A DNA stretch of 63,104 bases, the filler included, from Choristocarpus tenellus KU-1152 (taxonomy: Eukaryota > Protista > Phaeophyceae), in the NCBI GenBank assembly GCA_964200185.2. It is 11 parts of 11 records of this genome, joined end to end, with 100 filler letters (N's around TTAATTAATTAA, not from the genome) between each part and the next. Parts side by side here need not be neighbours in the genome. Positions count along the whole stretch, not along the records: positions 1 to 7,768 come from CAXNAD020005611.1; positions 7,869 to 15,584 come from CAXNAD020005696.1; 9 more parts are not named here. The stretch is one strand, 5' to 3'. Below, one piece after another: positions 1 through 13,070 of the stretch; position 1 is the first letter of the stretch, and each line of letters starts with the position of its first letter. Made by a program: the position numbers and the translations under genes. A model generated the notes under the pieces. It was not told where the DNA came from, searched no databases, and saw only the letters and a list, made by a program, of their open reading frames with translations.

Positions 1-1189
1 CCTCAGTCTTCCCTGCCCCTGACAAGATTTCTGAGTTGCCTTTGCCCGTGTGGGGGGTGGCACTGTCTTGCTGAACGACAACGTGCTTCCCCTGCAACCA
101 AGGCATCTTGTTCTTGATTGCAGTTAGGAATTCCTCCGTGTACCACTTTCTGTGCCACAAATGGTCTAAAGTACAGACTTGTTCATACACATTTCCCTTT
201 TTATGGTTCTTGCTTGTCCTGTCTGCCATTTTTGGTGCCCACACACGCTAAACACCAACCTTTCCATCAGAGCTGTGTGCCGAATCTGGGTGGGCGTTGG
301 CTGCAATGATCATGGTTTGGGGAATATGACTCTTATGCTGTACAGTAGGGGACCCTGGAAGGTCGCTATCCTCCTCATGTGGCATCAGCCATCACATAAA
401 ACCAGATTTCATCCGCGTGGATCATGTTTGCCATGGAACTGTACACACCACGCTTCCGGTCCACTTGATCGCAAACAAAGTCCATTCTCCACACCTTTAG
501 CCACGATTTAAGCTCGTATTTGATCCAGCAGCGATTCACTATGGCCCCCGTATCATCCAACCACCTGTTCATGGTGCTTGTGCTATAATTCAGCCCCTTG
601 GCAGTCATCTTCATTGTCACCTGATGCACCGTGGATGACCGATTATCGGAGTTGATACTATGTATTGCGGGCATCTTGGTCAGTGTGAGCTCCGAAGGCC
701 ATCCACTACGTGCCGCCACCCCTAGGTCAAGCATGTGGCCAAGGGCAAGCTGATCGGCGACATCCTCCCAGAGCCCTCGCATGTAAAGCTCGAACACTCC
801 AAACTCTGCTGCAAGGGCCAACCCAACGTGTTGTGGCAATTTATGCTCACCAGGGACCATCGTGAGGGCGTGCCGCACTGCAAGCACAACCCTTGTATTC
901 AGGCACACTTGTGCACCCTTCCTACGTGGGGGGGTCGATGGAGGGGTTGCCATGTCGACGTTCTGACCCTCGACATGCCCAGTTCTGGTCTCAAAATCAC
1001 CCCAAAAGACCCCTACTTTGACGGCTTGAAGCACCTCGAGTTTGTACCTGATGGTCCTCGATTTCCACCTTTTATGAAAGCTGAGATTGTTAACCCGATT
1101 TCATTCTGTCGGAATATCGTCCGATTCGGCGCCGTTCTCGCTCGGCAAGTCCAAATCTTTCGCCGCACAAACTTATGGCACAGAGGTAG
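1..1189 (-). mobile_element. Degenerate Tc1/mariner (plant-type, DD39D-like) DNA transposon, 5' part with left TIR
   Basis: The minus strand from ATG 953 gives WRMDFV..MIHADEIWFY, then after stops VQHKSHIPQTMIIAANAHP..DGKVGV and KNKMPWLQGKHVVVQQDSATPHTGKGN. The terminus reads TA-CTACCTCTGTGCCATAA on the minus strand (outer base 1189, TA 1190-1191), resembling the Stowaway/plant-mariner TIR CTCCCTCCGTCCCA. The element runs off the window start. Confidence 0.9.
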
Positions 1190-2647
1190 TAATATTAAAA
1201 AGAGACAAAACAATTGATGATGATGGCAATAGGACAGAAACCTCATTGAGCAAACAAGAAACATGCTTAGTAGTTATCATCGTTGGAGCTCCACTGCTCC
1301 TTTTCTACACCCATCCCATTTTAGAGGGGACCAGTTGTTGGAAACAAGCTTCTTTGATTAAATTTTAATATACTGATTGAAGATTAGCCATTTAGACGGC
1401 GGAAAAACTGGCATATATTTCAATTTTTTAAGAGAAGAAAGAAGATAAATCGAATCGCTGATTGATGGAGAGTCCTCTTCCCTCCTGAGTTTCGTTCAAA
1501 TTTCAATACAGAAGTTGTATGTAGTGGTAGACAAAAAGCTTTGCCTTTGGTCCAAATTGCTGGGTCTCATATATTTGGTTATTATGATGCCATTCTTGTT
1601 AGTTAGGTCGGATAACAACCCTTGCATAGCAGAAGGGTTGTAAAAAATAATGGGAATATTTGAAGGCCATAACAACAACAAAATTCAATTGACCTCCCCT
1701 GCCTCCTTGGAAACAGATAAGACCATAGTAGCAGCTACCACAAAAGTTTAAAGCCTCTCGTACAGATCCATCTGTCCTTGATTATAATAACTCCCTATGT
1801 TTTGAAGAAGTTGCACTTTTAGGCAATGGGGGTCTTCTTCTGGAGCTATGCTGCCTCACAAGTAAGATTTTACTTCAGAAACAAAACAAGAACACATCAA
1901 GAGAGGTGCAAACATTACATGATGAAGAGCAAAGGAGAAGTCAGAATTTAAACACAACAAATAGTGCGCACAACCAACTGCATACAAACTACTGGTGGAG
2001 GAGCAGGCCAATATGTTGCTCAACCAAGGAGAAGTATGTTGATACAAACCCAGCAATGCAAACAAGCCAAGAACTCTAAGATACTACCACACCCCACTAC
2101 ATTGCTTTTGCTGTACTACTACGTTGTTGCAGACATTGCAACAAAGCAGTATTGACTAGCAGAGATATTCTCACAAAATAATCACCTCTCCATACATGCC
2201 CACTAGAACTCTTCTACTACTACTGCCGATAGAGCTCTAGCAACTGAATAGCACTGAGATACAAACATCACACACGTGAATAAGGCCAGACAGAAAGATG
2301 CGCAACAGCACATACTCCACACACTACTTTCGAGAAGTAACAATATACTCCATACTACCTGTCAAGTAGTAATATTCTTGTAAATCTAAAGAAAACATCA
2401 CTGGAAATGGGTAGGTGGCAAAGGCAAAAGTAAAGTGAGAGACTGCATTTCTAATAGGGACCAAAATAAAAAAACAAAGCCAGAGACAAAACTTCTATGC
2501 TTCCACAAGATTACCTCTATCCTCCGGTAGTACACCTGAGTCAGATCATATCAGATGGATAGGTTGATCCTCCCTTGTTATGGAAGCAATGTGTATCAAA
2601 TGAGGGGGTGGTGTGATCGTACTTCTACTTCCAGTCCCTACCAGCTT

Positions 2648-3895
2648 TCACCGGTGGCGACTCTTTCCCTTTGGTTTATGTTTTCGAGCTTGCACGCCTA
2701 GCATCTTCTGACTATTATAGATAGCCATAAATGCGTCCTTGCTACCAAGATCTCCTACATCATCACCACATGAGGCGTATGGATCGGGCATGCGATCAAT
2801 TTCTCCATCCATCTTCAGATCCGGATCCCGAAGAAGTTGCTCGATACGGATGCAAAAATTCAGGCTAGTGGTGTCATCTTCTCTCTCTCCCATCCTGATC
2901 CCCAGCTCTCCAATACCCTGCAGGAGAGCATCCCGGAAGGAGAGAGTATAGTCCTTGTTCTGTTGACCAGGTGCAGGCGAGCTCGGGGGGTTGCTTCTGA
3001 TGGGGACGAGACTTTCGGACCCACAGCTACAGCTCTCGTTAATAATAGGACATCCAAGAGCATTCATATCACCTTCGAGGCAGATAGCGTCAGAGCAAAC
3101 CGACCCCTCCCTGCCGCTTGTTGGGGCATCGGACACCATATCCCACCCCGTGTCACTGGCAGTAGGAGATATTATTTCCCATGTCTGCTCGCTGGTCAAA
3201 ATCTGTGATGGTCCCCATACCTCCATACGCTTCCCGGTCTGTCGGACGAACTTCTGGGTCGCCGATTTTTCCACGTATAAGCCTGACCATGAAATATCTA
3301 CCGTCGATAAGATCGGTGGAGGCATGCGTAAGAACGGCGTGTCCAAGGGTGGAAAATGTCCGTAATCAGAGGCTGGTGGTACGCGGTCGAAGGTCTTGGA
3401 CCGAGCAGTTGCAAGGACGGACTTGACCTTGCACTCATATTCATCTTCTTGATTCTTGGCACCACGGGGACTGCGAAGGAGCGCGGCCAGGGAGAGAACT
3501 AGAGCCTTCCCCTTACGACTGCCAGTGCACATGATGGAGTTGGAGTACATCGTATCGATCGTCTCTTCATTTTCCCACCCTGCCCCGACGTTCTCGAACA
3601 GGCCCTTTTCCAGCATCAGAAGGTAGTTGTCGTATTTCTTGCGGGAGCACACTGCCGTAATCTGGGGAGAACGTCGCTTACTGGGACGACCGCTGTGTTT
3701 GGGATGGTGAGATTGTTCATGCTTGTCGAACTTGGAGAAGCCATTGATTCCAAAATTAGACCATCCCTCTACACCATTGAAGAGACTGCGGCATCCGTTA
3801 TGGGCCGCTCGAGAATCGAAGACCTCTGCCATTGAGCCCCTGCAGATATTGTTTATTTGACACAATTGATGTGTCCAGTATTGTAGTGGGGGCAT
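2648..3895 (-). CDS. Intronless hypothetical protein, 415 aa (alternative start ATG 3832, MAEVF), with a largely disordered C-terminal half
   Basis: Longest uninterrupted ORF in the window. It is GC- and CpG-richer than its flanks, has no TE motifs, and has a basic C-terminus (RKHKPKGKSRHR). Confidence 0.75.
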   Translation of the reverse strand: MPPLQYWTHQLCQINNICRGSMAEVFDSRAAHNGCRSLFNGVEGWSNFGINGFSKFDKHEQSHHPKHSGRPSKRRSPQITAVCSRKKYDNYLLMLEKGLFENVGAGWENEETIDTMYSNSIMCTGSRKGKALVLSLAALLRSPRGAKNQEDEYECKVKSVLATARSKTFDRVPPASDYGHFPPLDTPFLRMPPPILSTVDISWSGLYVEKSATQKFVRQTGKRMEVWGPSQILTSEQTWEIISPTASDTGWDMVSDAPTSGREGSVCSDAICLEGDMNALGCPIINESCSCGSESLVPIRSNPPSSPAPGQQNKDYTLSFRDALLQGIGELGIRMGEREDDTTSLNFCIRIEQLLRDPDLKMDGEIDRMPDPYASCGDDVGDLGSKDAFMAIYNSQKMLGVQARKHKPKGKSRHR

Positions 3896-4164
3896 GGCCT
3901 AGGAGGTTTGGAGGATACCTTCTTTCTCGCCCTTTCCACGAAAGGTGATATTGGATGAGACCACATTTGTTTTTTCTTAATAATAGAAGTTAACTTCAAG
4001 AAGAAGAATTTGTTTTCCCAGTAATTTCTCCTTTCTCCTCTGAATATACCGCCGACGGTTTCTAATGTGTTCATACCGATCCTATTACAGAATCCCATAA
4101 AATTCCAGATATCGGTTTCAGGGAGGCAACACATTCATTACAAACAAGAATTTCTGCATGGATC

Positions 4165-4655
4165 TGTATTCCATGCTGGTGCACTCTCGGACGCACAACA
4201 GAGTAAAGGCCTCCTCCTGGACGTTACGTTTGCTGAAGTGCAGGCAGCATCTCACCTGCCACACTCATCCACCAGAATGGTGTAGCTGCTGCAGCTGAGG
4301 CACGAAAGCGCACCCACTATGAGGGCTCTTTTGATCCTCGTATTTACAACCTCAACACCTTCGTGGTCGAAAGTTTTGGGCGCCTCAGTAAGCAAGCGGA
4401 AAGTTTCCTGGATGAGCTAGCTACACACATGGTAGGGGGGGGAGGAACTGGAGGCTACGGTAGGAAAGGGACGGTCAAATCCCGCCTATGACAAATAGTC
4501 TCTGTAACAACGCAAATGGCCCCTTCTAGACGTGTCATGCGATTCAAGCTGGAGTTACCAGGGAGATGGGCAAGGAGGGGCTTGTTAGATTATTGGGGTG
4601 CCTCCCTAGCTCCTCACCCTGGGGTGCAGGAATAGCTAGGTTGGAGGCACAGGAA
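4165..4655 (+). mobile_element. 5'-truncated CRE-clade (restriction-like endonuclease) non-LTR retrotransposon, 3' end
   Basis: Translation with a frameshift and a stop: LLLDVTFAEVQAASHL..AAAAEARKRTHYEGSFD..NLNTFVVESFGRLSKQAESFLDELATHMVGG..RKGTVKSRL*QIVSVTTQMA.SRRVMRFKL. This matches the PD-(D/E)xK RLE domain of CRE/R2-like elements. Confidence 0.85.
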
Positions 4656-4729
4656 GGTAGTGGTACAGCACACCTGGTAGTAAAATAGAAAATAGATTAA
4701 TGCTTTTCACATTTATGACAACTGTTACT

Positions 4730-5175
4730 TTTTTAGGAATTTTCTGAGATGTGAATAGTTTTCATTAGTTTTTCCCCTCACACATCTGGAAATGTCAGAA
4801 GGTATAATTATATAATATAACATCTCATAGGAGGGCGGTGGTGTAGCATAGCTGGTAGTAAAATAGTAAACGGATGATAGAAAAATGTCTTTCACATTTA
4901 CAACTGTTACTTTTTTGGTGGTTATTCTGACATTTGAGTGGTTTTTCATTGGTTTTTCGCCTGACACATCTGGAACATATCAGAGGACATCATTTGAAAA
5001 ATCACATTTTACACGGGTTCCTACTATGATGTTGAATTGGCTTTTCATTGGTTTTTCACCTAACGACACATCTCCAAAATATCAGAGGGGATAATGATAT
5101 ATGCATATCTTTGAGAGATACCTTTCTTTTATTTACGACGACGGTTACATTTACAAGGATCCTTATGATATTGAA
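4730..5175. repeat. Degenerate tandem/dispersed repeat (ttttcattggtttttc.cct.acaca.ct..aaa...cagagg), 3 units here and a further copy at ~26700-26775
   Basis: Units are visible at ~4759, ~4942, ~5042 and ~26718. Confidence 0.65.
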
Positions 5176-5192
5176 TTGAGACACCAGAGTTA

Positions 5193-5258
5193 GCTTCTTG
5201 GGATGCTTCCCTACCTCCTCACCCTGGGGTGCAGAGCTAAGCCAGGTTGGGGGCATAG
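5193..5258 (+). mobile_element. Second very short 3' fragment of the same CRE-like element
   Basis: ttgggatgcttccctacctcctcaccctggggtgcag..aggttgggggcatag matches ~4593-4652 (ttggggtgcctccctagctcctcaccctggggtgcag..aggttggaggcacag). Confidence 0.7.
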
Positions 5259-7730
5259 CAGGGGGGCATGTTTTCATTGATAACATCTGCATTTGGGGAG
5301 GATCAGTCTGCCATATCAACTGCCCTGAAGGGGTTGTGAATACCTGCCACCTGGACCAGGGTATTGGAACATTGATTGGATGAACCAGTGGCAACCAGTG
5401 GATTTCCTTACCAGTCCCCTACTCTTGGTGTATAATGGTGTTTCGGAGCAAGCAAGAAGCTTCCTGCGTGTCAGGTACGGGTTGGCCCCCCTATGGCTGT
5501 TTTCAACTTAGGTTTCATAGGGTGTACATAGTCCTTGCCAGAGAAATGATGAGCAGTGCAGGGTATCACCACATCAACATTCGATGCTAGGAATGCTACC
5601 ATCAGGCTGTCCTTAAACTGAGCCTGCTGCTACTCTTGCTTTTTCTCCACTGCCTTTGAAGTAAGGTTTAGTTGTGAGGGAAGATTTTGTACTGACATCC
5701 CTAGCAATGCTTGAAGAAAAGTGACACTACATAGGAATCAGTGTAGGATGTGTAAAACTCAAAGGATGACCCGATCCTACGACTTGTAAAAAGAGCAGCT
5801 TATTAATTTCTCAATTTTTCCCGTGAAAAACAAGAGTTTATCATCCCTCAATAGTATGAAGACACTGCAAAATCCATAAGAGTAATATTTTCCCTTGTCC
5901 TCACCAACTCCAACCTTCACCCATTGCATTGTTGATTGCTTGTGGCAATGACTCCTCTCTGTTGTTCAACCAGGTTTCCTTCCTTTTTCTTCACCCATTC
6001 CCCACAGTCTCCAAACTATCTCCATCCCTTAACAGTCGCTTCTCCCCTCCCCCATATTCTGTCCTCCAATGGGGCCTCATCTGTTAAAGCAGAGTCAGTA
6101 GTTGATTCTCCTTCCTCCTATCTCTTTCTCCCTCTTAGGACTCTGGATGTTCATTCTCAACTTGCAATTGCCCTATTTCTTGAAACAACTACTCATTGCG
6201 ATTGCTGGTGGTGATCATTGCATCTCTTATTTTCTATGGTCCCAGACATGCAGCAGGCTGTCATTGTGATCTATGTATGACTAACTGTGATCGTAACTGG
6301 TCATACAGGCTGACAAAATGTCTATCCTCCCTTCAAATATATCACAAATGGTAATCCATCGATACTTTCAGGTATGCCGCTTGTATTCCAACATCAATCC
6401 ACAGCCCCTCCATTTCCACACACCCCTGAAACCGACCTGTCTTTGGGCATACCCTTGTAATTACTGTGTCGGTCCTCTGTTGGTAAGTTCTCATTTCTTG
6501 CATCAAATCTCCACCCAGTCTACTGCCTCCATACCCTTCCAGCTCACCTACCTTCCCCCTGGGGAAAAACTTTGGTCTCAAATTATTGTGCATCTATTTT
6601 TGTACATTTAGTATTCAGGCGCCTAGCAAAACTGGAAGCAAGGAAGACAGACTATAATATCCACAACAATCCTACCAAAGGGTTCCATACACAAATTCAA
6701 CAAGGAAGGCCTATACCTGAAGAAGGGATCATGATCCATATTCCCACCACTATACTGCCTCCCATTTCATCAGTTACTGTTTTCTGACTCTAAGGTTGTT
6801 AATAGAAATATATTTTAGTTTGTGATCGTGTGTCAAAGGCATGACCAAAAGCTTCTCACCGTTTTCTGGTGCTGAGCTTACTAGGAAAATGTTTTTTGGA
6901 GGTGTATCTGTGTGTCACAGGTATGGTAGACAAGGTTTTTGTTGGCTATTTTTCAACTACCAAACAATTCCTTGAAGGCATGGGAAGGGTTCAGTCCACA
7001 GATGATCTACCACTTACTGCAATGTGACAATACTCTACCTACATGTTGGAAATATGAGGATTAGTTACATACTAACCTCTAGCTGAGTCCTCATACCAAC
7101 CACCTCACCTTGTACTTGTTATAGCATTACCACCCCAGGGATAAGCTTCTTCTCATAGTCCACAGTACAAGCATTATTTGCAAAGACTGAAACTCTTGCT
7201 CTATGCTCCACTTCATCATCAGCCCCGCTAGCAAGCAGGGTTCATACCATCAACTCCAATCTATCCCCCCCTTTACCCTCCAGTTGTCATACCTTTCCCC
7301 ACCTGACCCACTGTTCCCTCCTGCTCACTGTAAGAGTTTCTTGGTTGACTCCCACCCACTCCTATATGCCCAAAGACTCTACTCCCAGAGCTCCCACCTC
7401 CAAAGCCCCACCTCCCAAACCCAAAAGTTGACTAATCAAAGCACCCACAAGGCCTTCACCACAAAACTGTTACCAATTTATGTGTATTACCATCCCATAT
7501 GAGCTAGTGGGCAATAAACTTCTAAACTCCCTTAGAACACCCAATCTCTCAGTCATATTTTACCAACCTCAGCCCAATAACAAGCGTCATGAGTTTTATC
7601 AACCTTGCACGAGATTATATAAAACTTCCTCTTTCCCACACGAATGTGGGAAAATTATAGTCCAACTTAAGTTGACAGAGTGTAGTCCAAGGTCTGTGGT
7701 GACTGACTATTTTGCATCAATCTCTGATAA

Positions 7731-7768
7731 GACCCAAAGTATCTGGGAGGGGGGGGGCTCTACACCAG
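7731..7768. mobile_element. MITE family B terminus, truncated by the contig end
   Basis: gacccaaagtatctgggaggggggg..ctacaccag has the same layout as the full copy at 42060. Confidence 0.8.
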
Positions 7769-7868
7769 NNNNNNNNNNNNNNNNNNNNNNNNNNNNNNNN
7801 NNNNNNNNNNNNTTAATTAATTAANNNNNNNNNNNNNNNNNNNNNNNNNNNNNNNNNNNNNNNNNNNN
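7769..7868. other. Artificial contig linker (44N-TTAATTAATTAA-44N); also at 15585-15684, 21264-21363, 27484-27583, 31067-31166, 36007-36106, 39244-39343, 42991-43090, 46815-46914 and 58014-58113
   Basis: Ten identical 100-nt blocks. The 12-mer gives stops in all six frames. Confidence 0.98.
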
Positions 7869-10799
7869 GATAGGAATGACGAGATATGGAAGGCATGGGG
7901 GGGGTGGGGGGGGGGGGGGTCATATTGGTCGATATGAAACATGGGGGTAAGCCTGTCCATGCATATTGTACTTGTTAGGCATCCATTCACGGCTGCTTTT
8001 TGTGGAAAATTTTATGGGGAAAGACACTGCTGATTGTTCTTTTTGTGGGCTGGATTGTTACATGTGTGAGTGTGGGTGTGGGTAGGTTTTGTGTGTGTAT
8101 CCATGTGTTTGTGCACGAGTCTTGGTCAAGCTTACAGAGGCAGTATTATAGTAGTGCAGTTCATCATAGCCTTGATTTGTGGCATTCCTGTTGTAGAGCT
8201 CTGCTTCTCAGCTCTGGAGCAGGCCAGGGAGCATGTCGAGGATGTTGACATTTTTGTGTGTGTGTGCACTCAGGAATGTACAAATGCACAAACACACACA
8301 CACAACGTACGGGGTGTGTGACTATGCTGGAGTTATAAAGAAGTGGTGCGTGATTTGGTGTGTGAAGAATGTGTGTCGTGCAGTGTTTGTGTGTATGAAG
8401 TTAAGGAGAGAGGGGAGGGGGAGAGAGGTGTTCCCAACACTTGGTGTCCTATTTCCGGATGGTGCAGGGAACTGTCCATTTGGTGAATGGGGATGTGGAG
8501 ATGAGATGAGTACTGCAGTGTGGTCCATCCACCCCATCCCACACTTGGCTTACTTTTGAAGTATATATTGAGCAGACTTATGATATCATCATATTTTGGG
8601 GGCCCCGCAGGCTGCCTGCTGCTTGCATAGTTCAAGGTTTCACCATGACCACTCTGACAAGAGATGATTGCACTTCAAATAGTACTTACTTACTGATATG
8701 TTTTATTTCTGGTGTTGGGACTTTGGTTTTGGGGCATACATATGGCAACATTGATGTCATCAACAGACTTAGCCTGATGATTCCCGACATGGCTCCAATA
8801 AAACAGATGCAAGGTGCCTGGTGTGCCCCCTGGGAACACCTCCACATGTGTGAGAAAATCAATGCCCATACATACGTAGGGATACGGTGTATTTGCTAGT
8901 GTTGTGAATTGTGATGATGTAATGTGTTTGTTTAATGGAGTAATAATCGATGATGCAAATTGAGTTTTTCTTTTTTTTCTGGTTTAGTATGCGTGCTCTG
9001 CTCGGTTTGCTGTCAAGTTCCTCATTGCACTTATGTTTTCCTCGTGTCCATCTTGCTTCGCTTCACACACTTCAATTAAAAAGAAAAAAAACTGAAAGTG
9101 TGAACTTAGTTGTTCTGAGTTGAAAAAATAAAACAACTCTGTTGAACTGTTGTGATTGGTAACGTTGGTAACATTGCTGTGTGTGCTTAGAGACACCATT
9201 CTCTGCAATAGAGGGACACAAGAACGGGCGTTTTAGTGTTCCAGGATTATGGTAGCATGGTACACCTGTTATACTTTTTTTTCTCCAAGAGTATGCCGTG
9301 GAGGGGTTTTATGTTTTTTGGGGGGTTTTGGTGTCATTGACCTGATGTTGTCATGTTCTTGGGTACGGTAGTAGTTGTGGTCTGGTGGACCAGGCAGGCG
9401 TGGGTGGTTGCAACAGGAGGTGTTTGACATCATCTTGCTGTAAGGTATGGTGCCTGTTTTTTAGCTTTGGTTTTTTGACCTGTAGTTGAAGGAATATTTT
9501 CACCTTTTTTAAGTACAGGAACGTGAGTTAGTTGTTATGCACATATGCTGACAAAGTGGTGAATGGGCTTAGTTACACCCCAGATTGCATTTGGTGTGAG
9601 TTGTGATATTCTAGTGTTCACTGGAAGGGGAGGTTACACTATCTCTTTTCCCCCTTGGACCAGGCAAAGATTTAAACTTGGTCAGTTTTTTGTAGTAAAA
9701 AAAGAACAGATTACAAGTCAATACTTGATCAGTGGCCTGTCATTTGATTGCAACGTGAAGTTGTATCAAAAACCACTATAACATATGTAAATATCAAATT
9801 TACTCCCAAAATCCTTGTTTTCGATGTATCACTTCATACCCCCTTACTTTACATGTGAAAAGCTTCAATATTGAAGTCATTTGTGCCATAGGTACAATTG
9901 ATTCACATGGAGCCAAGGCCTGTCCTGTAGGTTGTTCAGCATTATGTTTTCGCCTTGCCATATCCCTGACCCTTCCAATATTGACATGAGTTGTTTTACT
10001 CTGCTTGCTTGCCTAGTCTCAGTTCGTGTGTCAGGGATGTGGTGGACAAGGTCTCCATCGTACGTTTCAGTTGAGAGACGTACAAGGGACAAGAGGGTGC
10101 TGGGAATTTTATGTTTTATTTATATTTCTGTATGCAGTGGTTACACACCAGGAGTTCGGATTCCAGTTGGTATTCATATAGCGTAAAACCAAGGTGATTC
10201 CTACCCATCTATCCGTTTGTCGTCCATGCATATCCATACCAGCTCTTGTCCTTGTGCTTGCTTATCCCACAGTCTTTTTTATAATATGTAGTTTGTAGTA
10301 AGAAATTTCTATTACTAAAAACCAAGACACAATGAGTTGGACCAGCTTTAACCAGCTCTAGCTCGTCGCCACCATTACTATCTCTTCTCCCAGCATTCAT
10401 GTATTGATCTCAAGGGTACTGGCTCCTGATATTGTGGTTGTGTTCACACCAACCTTGTGCATCCATTATGTGCAGTCCACTGGCTCCATCTTGCGCTGGC
10501 TCTAACAAGCTCTTCACTACTTCTACTGACTTGGCCTTGCACGTCTGCTCACTGTCTTAGGTTATGTGCATTCTAATCAGATTATTCTGTAACTCTTCTA
10601 CACCACTGTATAGTAACATAATATGTGCACTTTTATTGTGTGACAGTTTTACAAGTCATTTCCCCAACCTGCAAGGCAGTCATGTGTTGCAACAAGCTAG
10701 TCATGGAGAGAAGCGGAGAAAGGCCAGGGTCTCAATATTGTTGGTTGTGGCAGGCTCAGCGCCATGGACCGTAGACCAATAGAGTCTGCACCCCACAAG

Positions 10800-11051
10800 T
10801 CAACTGCCATTGACGCTCTCTTTCTCCCTTGCACTTAAATGACCATGCTGATCGCACCGGAAACACTCTATTTCAACACCTTTCCATCGTGCTGTGAGAA
10901 GGCCAGCCATACTGGAGGGGCCCATTTTTTCCACAAAGTAGCCCTTACCAGACCTCCTGGTGCCCCTTGGGTACATACTGTGAAAGAACAAGTGATTCCT
11001 TCTCCTCCATACATCTGTCACCCGTGCATAACCATCATCATCCTTGCACAT
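10800..11051 (-). pseudogene. Possible gag-like relic with a degenerate CCHC zinc knuckle
   Basis: ECFRCDQHGHLSAR fits Cx2Cx3GH with the last Cys lost. No flanking pol motif was found. Confidence 0.3.
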
Positions 11052-12575
11052 CTTACAACACGTTCACTCACTTTTTCTTAAGTAAAACAACACGCAACAT
11101 GTTGGGCTGGCTCCAACCGACTTTATCCATTCGCCGGTTGCAGCTCTCTCGCACATCATGCATCTGCTTGCCATCTTGTGACTCCTCTTATCACAGCACG
11201 AGTACCAAGTCTGGGCATCATGTATGTGCTAGCACCAACGGTACCCATCTATATCCTATGTGAACCATCATTGCCTCAGTCTTGTGCTTGTTCTGGCTAA
11301 ATCTATTGATGCGTCATCTCATGTGTCTGCTCACCGTTTCGTGCCTGGTGTCAAAATCATAAATAATCCTTGACTGTCCAACAGCACCGTTGTCCAATAA
11401 TAAGATGCAAAGAAATAATAAGGACTTTTTTGAGGCAGTTGTCATCGTTAGATGCCTAACCTCCAAGGCGACCCCATTGTGCAGAGAGCCAGATACAAAG
11501 AGTCACAAAGAGCAGACAAAGAGCAGAGGGTCCCAATAACATCAGTTGTAAGATGCTTGGGCACTAAGTATTGTAGATCTAAAGGTAAAGCACCCCACAA
11601 CTCTGAGGCCACTGATGTTGACTCTCTCTCTCTCATTCACGTGCCAAGACCATGCTGATCATACCACATACGCCTGATTCTCATGCTTCTCATCTCTCCA
11701 TCACACCGCAAGCAGGCTGGTCGTGCTCAAGGAGGGGCCTATTTATTATTCTACAAAGCAGCCCTTACAAAGACTTTTTTTGACATCCCTTACATAAATA
11801 ACGTATAAAACTGAGTGATTCCCACTTGTCCACCTATCTGTTCATCTGACTGCCTGTCTGTCCTCTGTACATTACCCATAATAGCTCTCGTACTCACAAG
11901 GCTACTCTCGCTCAGGCACTCTGGCCGGCGACTCTTAAAAAATGTAGAAATCCTTCTAGATATCTATAAACACAACACCCCATGGTTTGGGTTTGCTCGA
12001 ACTGACTCTACCCCATCACTGGTACAAGATGGTGATTATTATCTTTCCCAAACATTTGCTCACAATCTCGCGCCTCATGCGTTCATGTCAAGGGTACCAG
12101 CTCTCGAAATCGTGTGTGTGCTCACGCCAACTTCATGTGTCTATCCTATGCAACCCGTTGTTGGGATCGTCTTGCGCGTGGTTTGCCCAGCTCTGCACTG
12201 TTTCTACTGTTTTTTAGTCTCGTCGTATATTTATCTACTCACCGTCTCGCAGTTCTTGTGTTCTAAATTTTAAGAAAACATAGATGCTGGATATAAAAAT
12301 ATTATATATGCGCTTTTTGTCATTTTATGTACAACTGTGCATGGCGGTTCATGTGTTGTTGTAGTATGCGAGTAACAGATAACCGCAGAGAGCAGAGAGA
12401 AAGCATCAGCAACTCGATCTCGACAGTTGCCACATCCTTGGCGCCACCCATCATATAAAAAGTTAAGTCACAGGCAAAGTGTCTTAATGGCAGCTTCATA
12501 GTCTCCATTATGACCTTGAAGCCCAGATTTTATACTCCAGAGTATATAGTACTTCTTCGCTATTTATTCACTCCT

Positions 12576-13070
12576 TACTTCCTTCGCTTGGAATTAAACG
12601 TAACATAACTTTTGCCAACCCGATGAATAAGCAAGATATTTTTCACTTCTTCATATTTTATGAGGGTGTTGTGCGGACACGAAAAGGTTGCCTACCAAAA
12701 TCTTAAGCAAAATGAGGCAGCCTACACCTATCTATATGATTCCGCCCCCGAAGCCCTACGATACTCCATTCCAGCGCAGCATTTCGCCGCATCCACCTGG
12801 GCATTCCCCAACTTCTCAGCCTTTTCCTTGCTAACATGGGAATTTTGAAGACGTTGTCACCCTTGGACCCCGGCGCTTCACCGTAGACTGTGAAGAGGCT
12901 CTACCAGACGCACTCTGGTGTCTCCCGGGGGTACACATCGATCGCCTCCATTGTGGCCTCCACCACCTCCCCCTGTGTTGGCCACCTCCATATTTTCCTT
13001 CAGTTACTGGATGGACTGAAAGAATCCCAGGAAGTTGATGTTGAGGTCGGGTAAGTTGGCTGACTGGGTC
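12576..13070 (-). mobile_element. Mariner relic, transposase C-terminus plus probable right TIR, truncated by a MITE
   Basis: Minus strand reads TQSANLPDLNINFLGFFQSIQ*LKE..EATMEAIDVYPRETPECVW*SLFTVYGEAPGSKGDNVFKIPH (consensus TQPxNSPDLNxxDLGFF..GxNxFKIPH). The sequence tacttccttcgcttggaattaa at ~12576 resembles a Stowaway-type TIR. Confidence 0.85.

Noticed and set aside
1380-1860. Helitron-associated domain relic (FCGSCYYGL; PPSKWLIFNQYI resembling PKFAIANG)
   Set aside because: The motifs are short and in broken frames, and there is no Rep/helicase motif nearby.
7813-7824. Recurring TTAATTAATTAA as a biological motif
   Set aside because: It is always centred in 44+44 N, so it is an artificial six-frame-stop linker.
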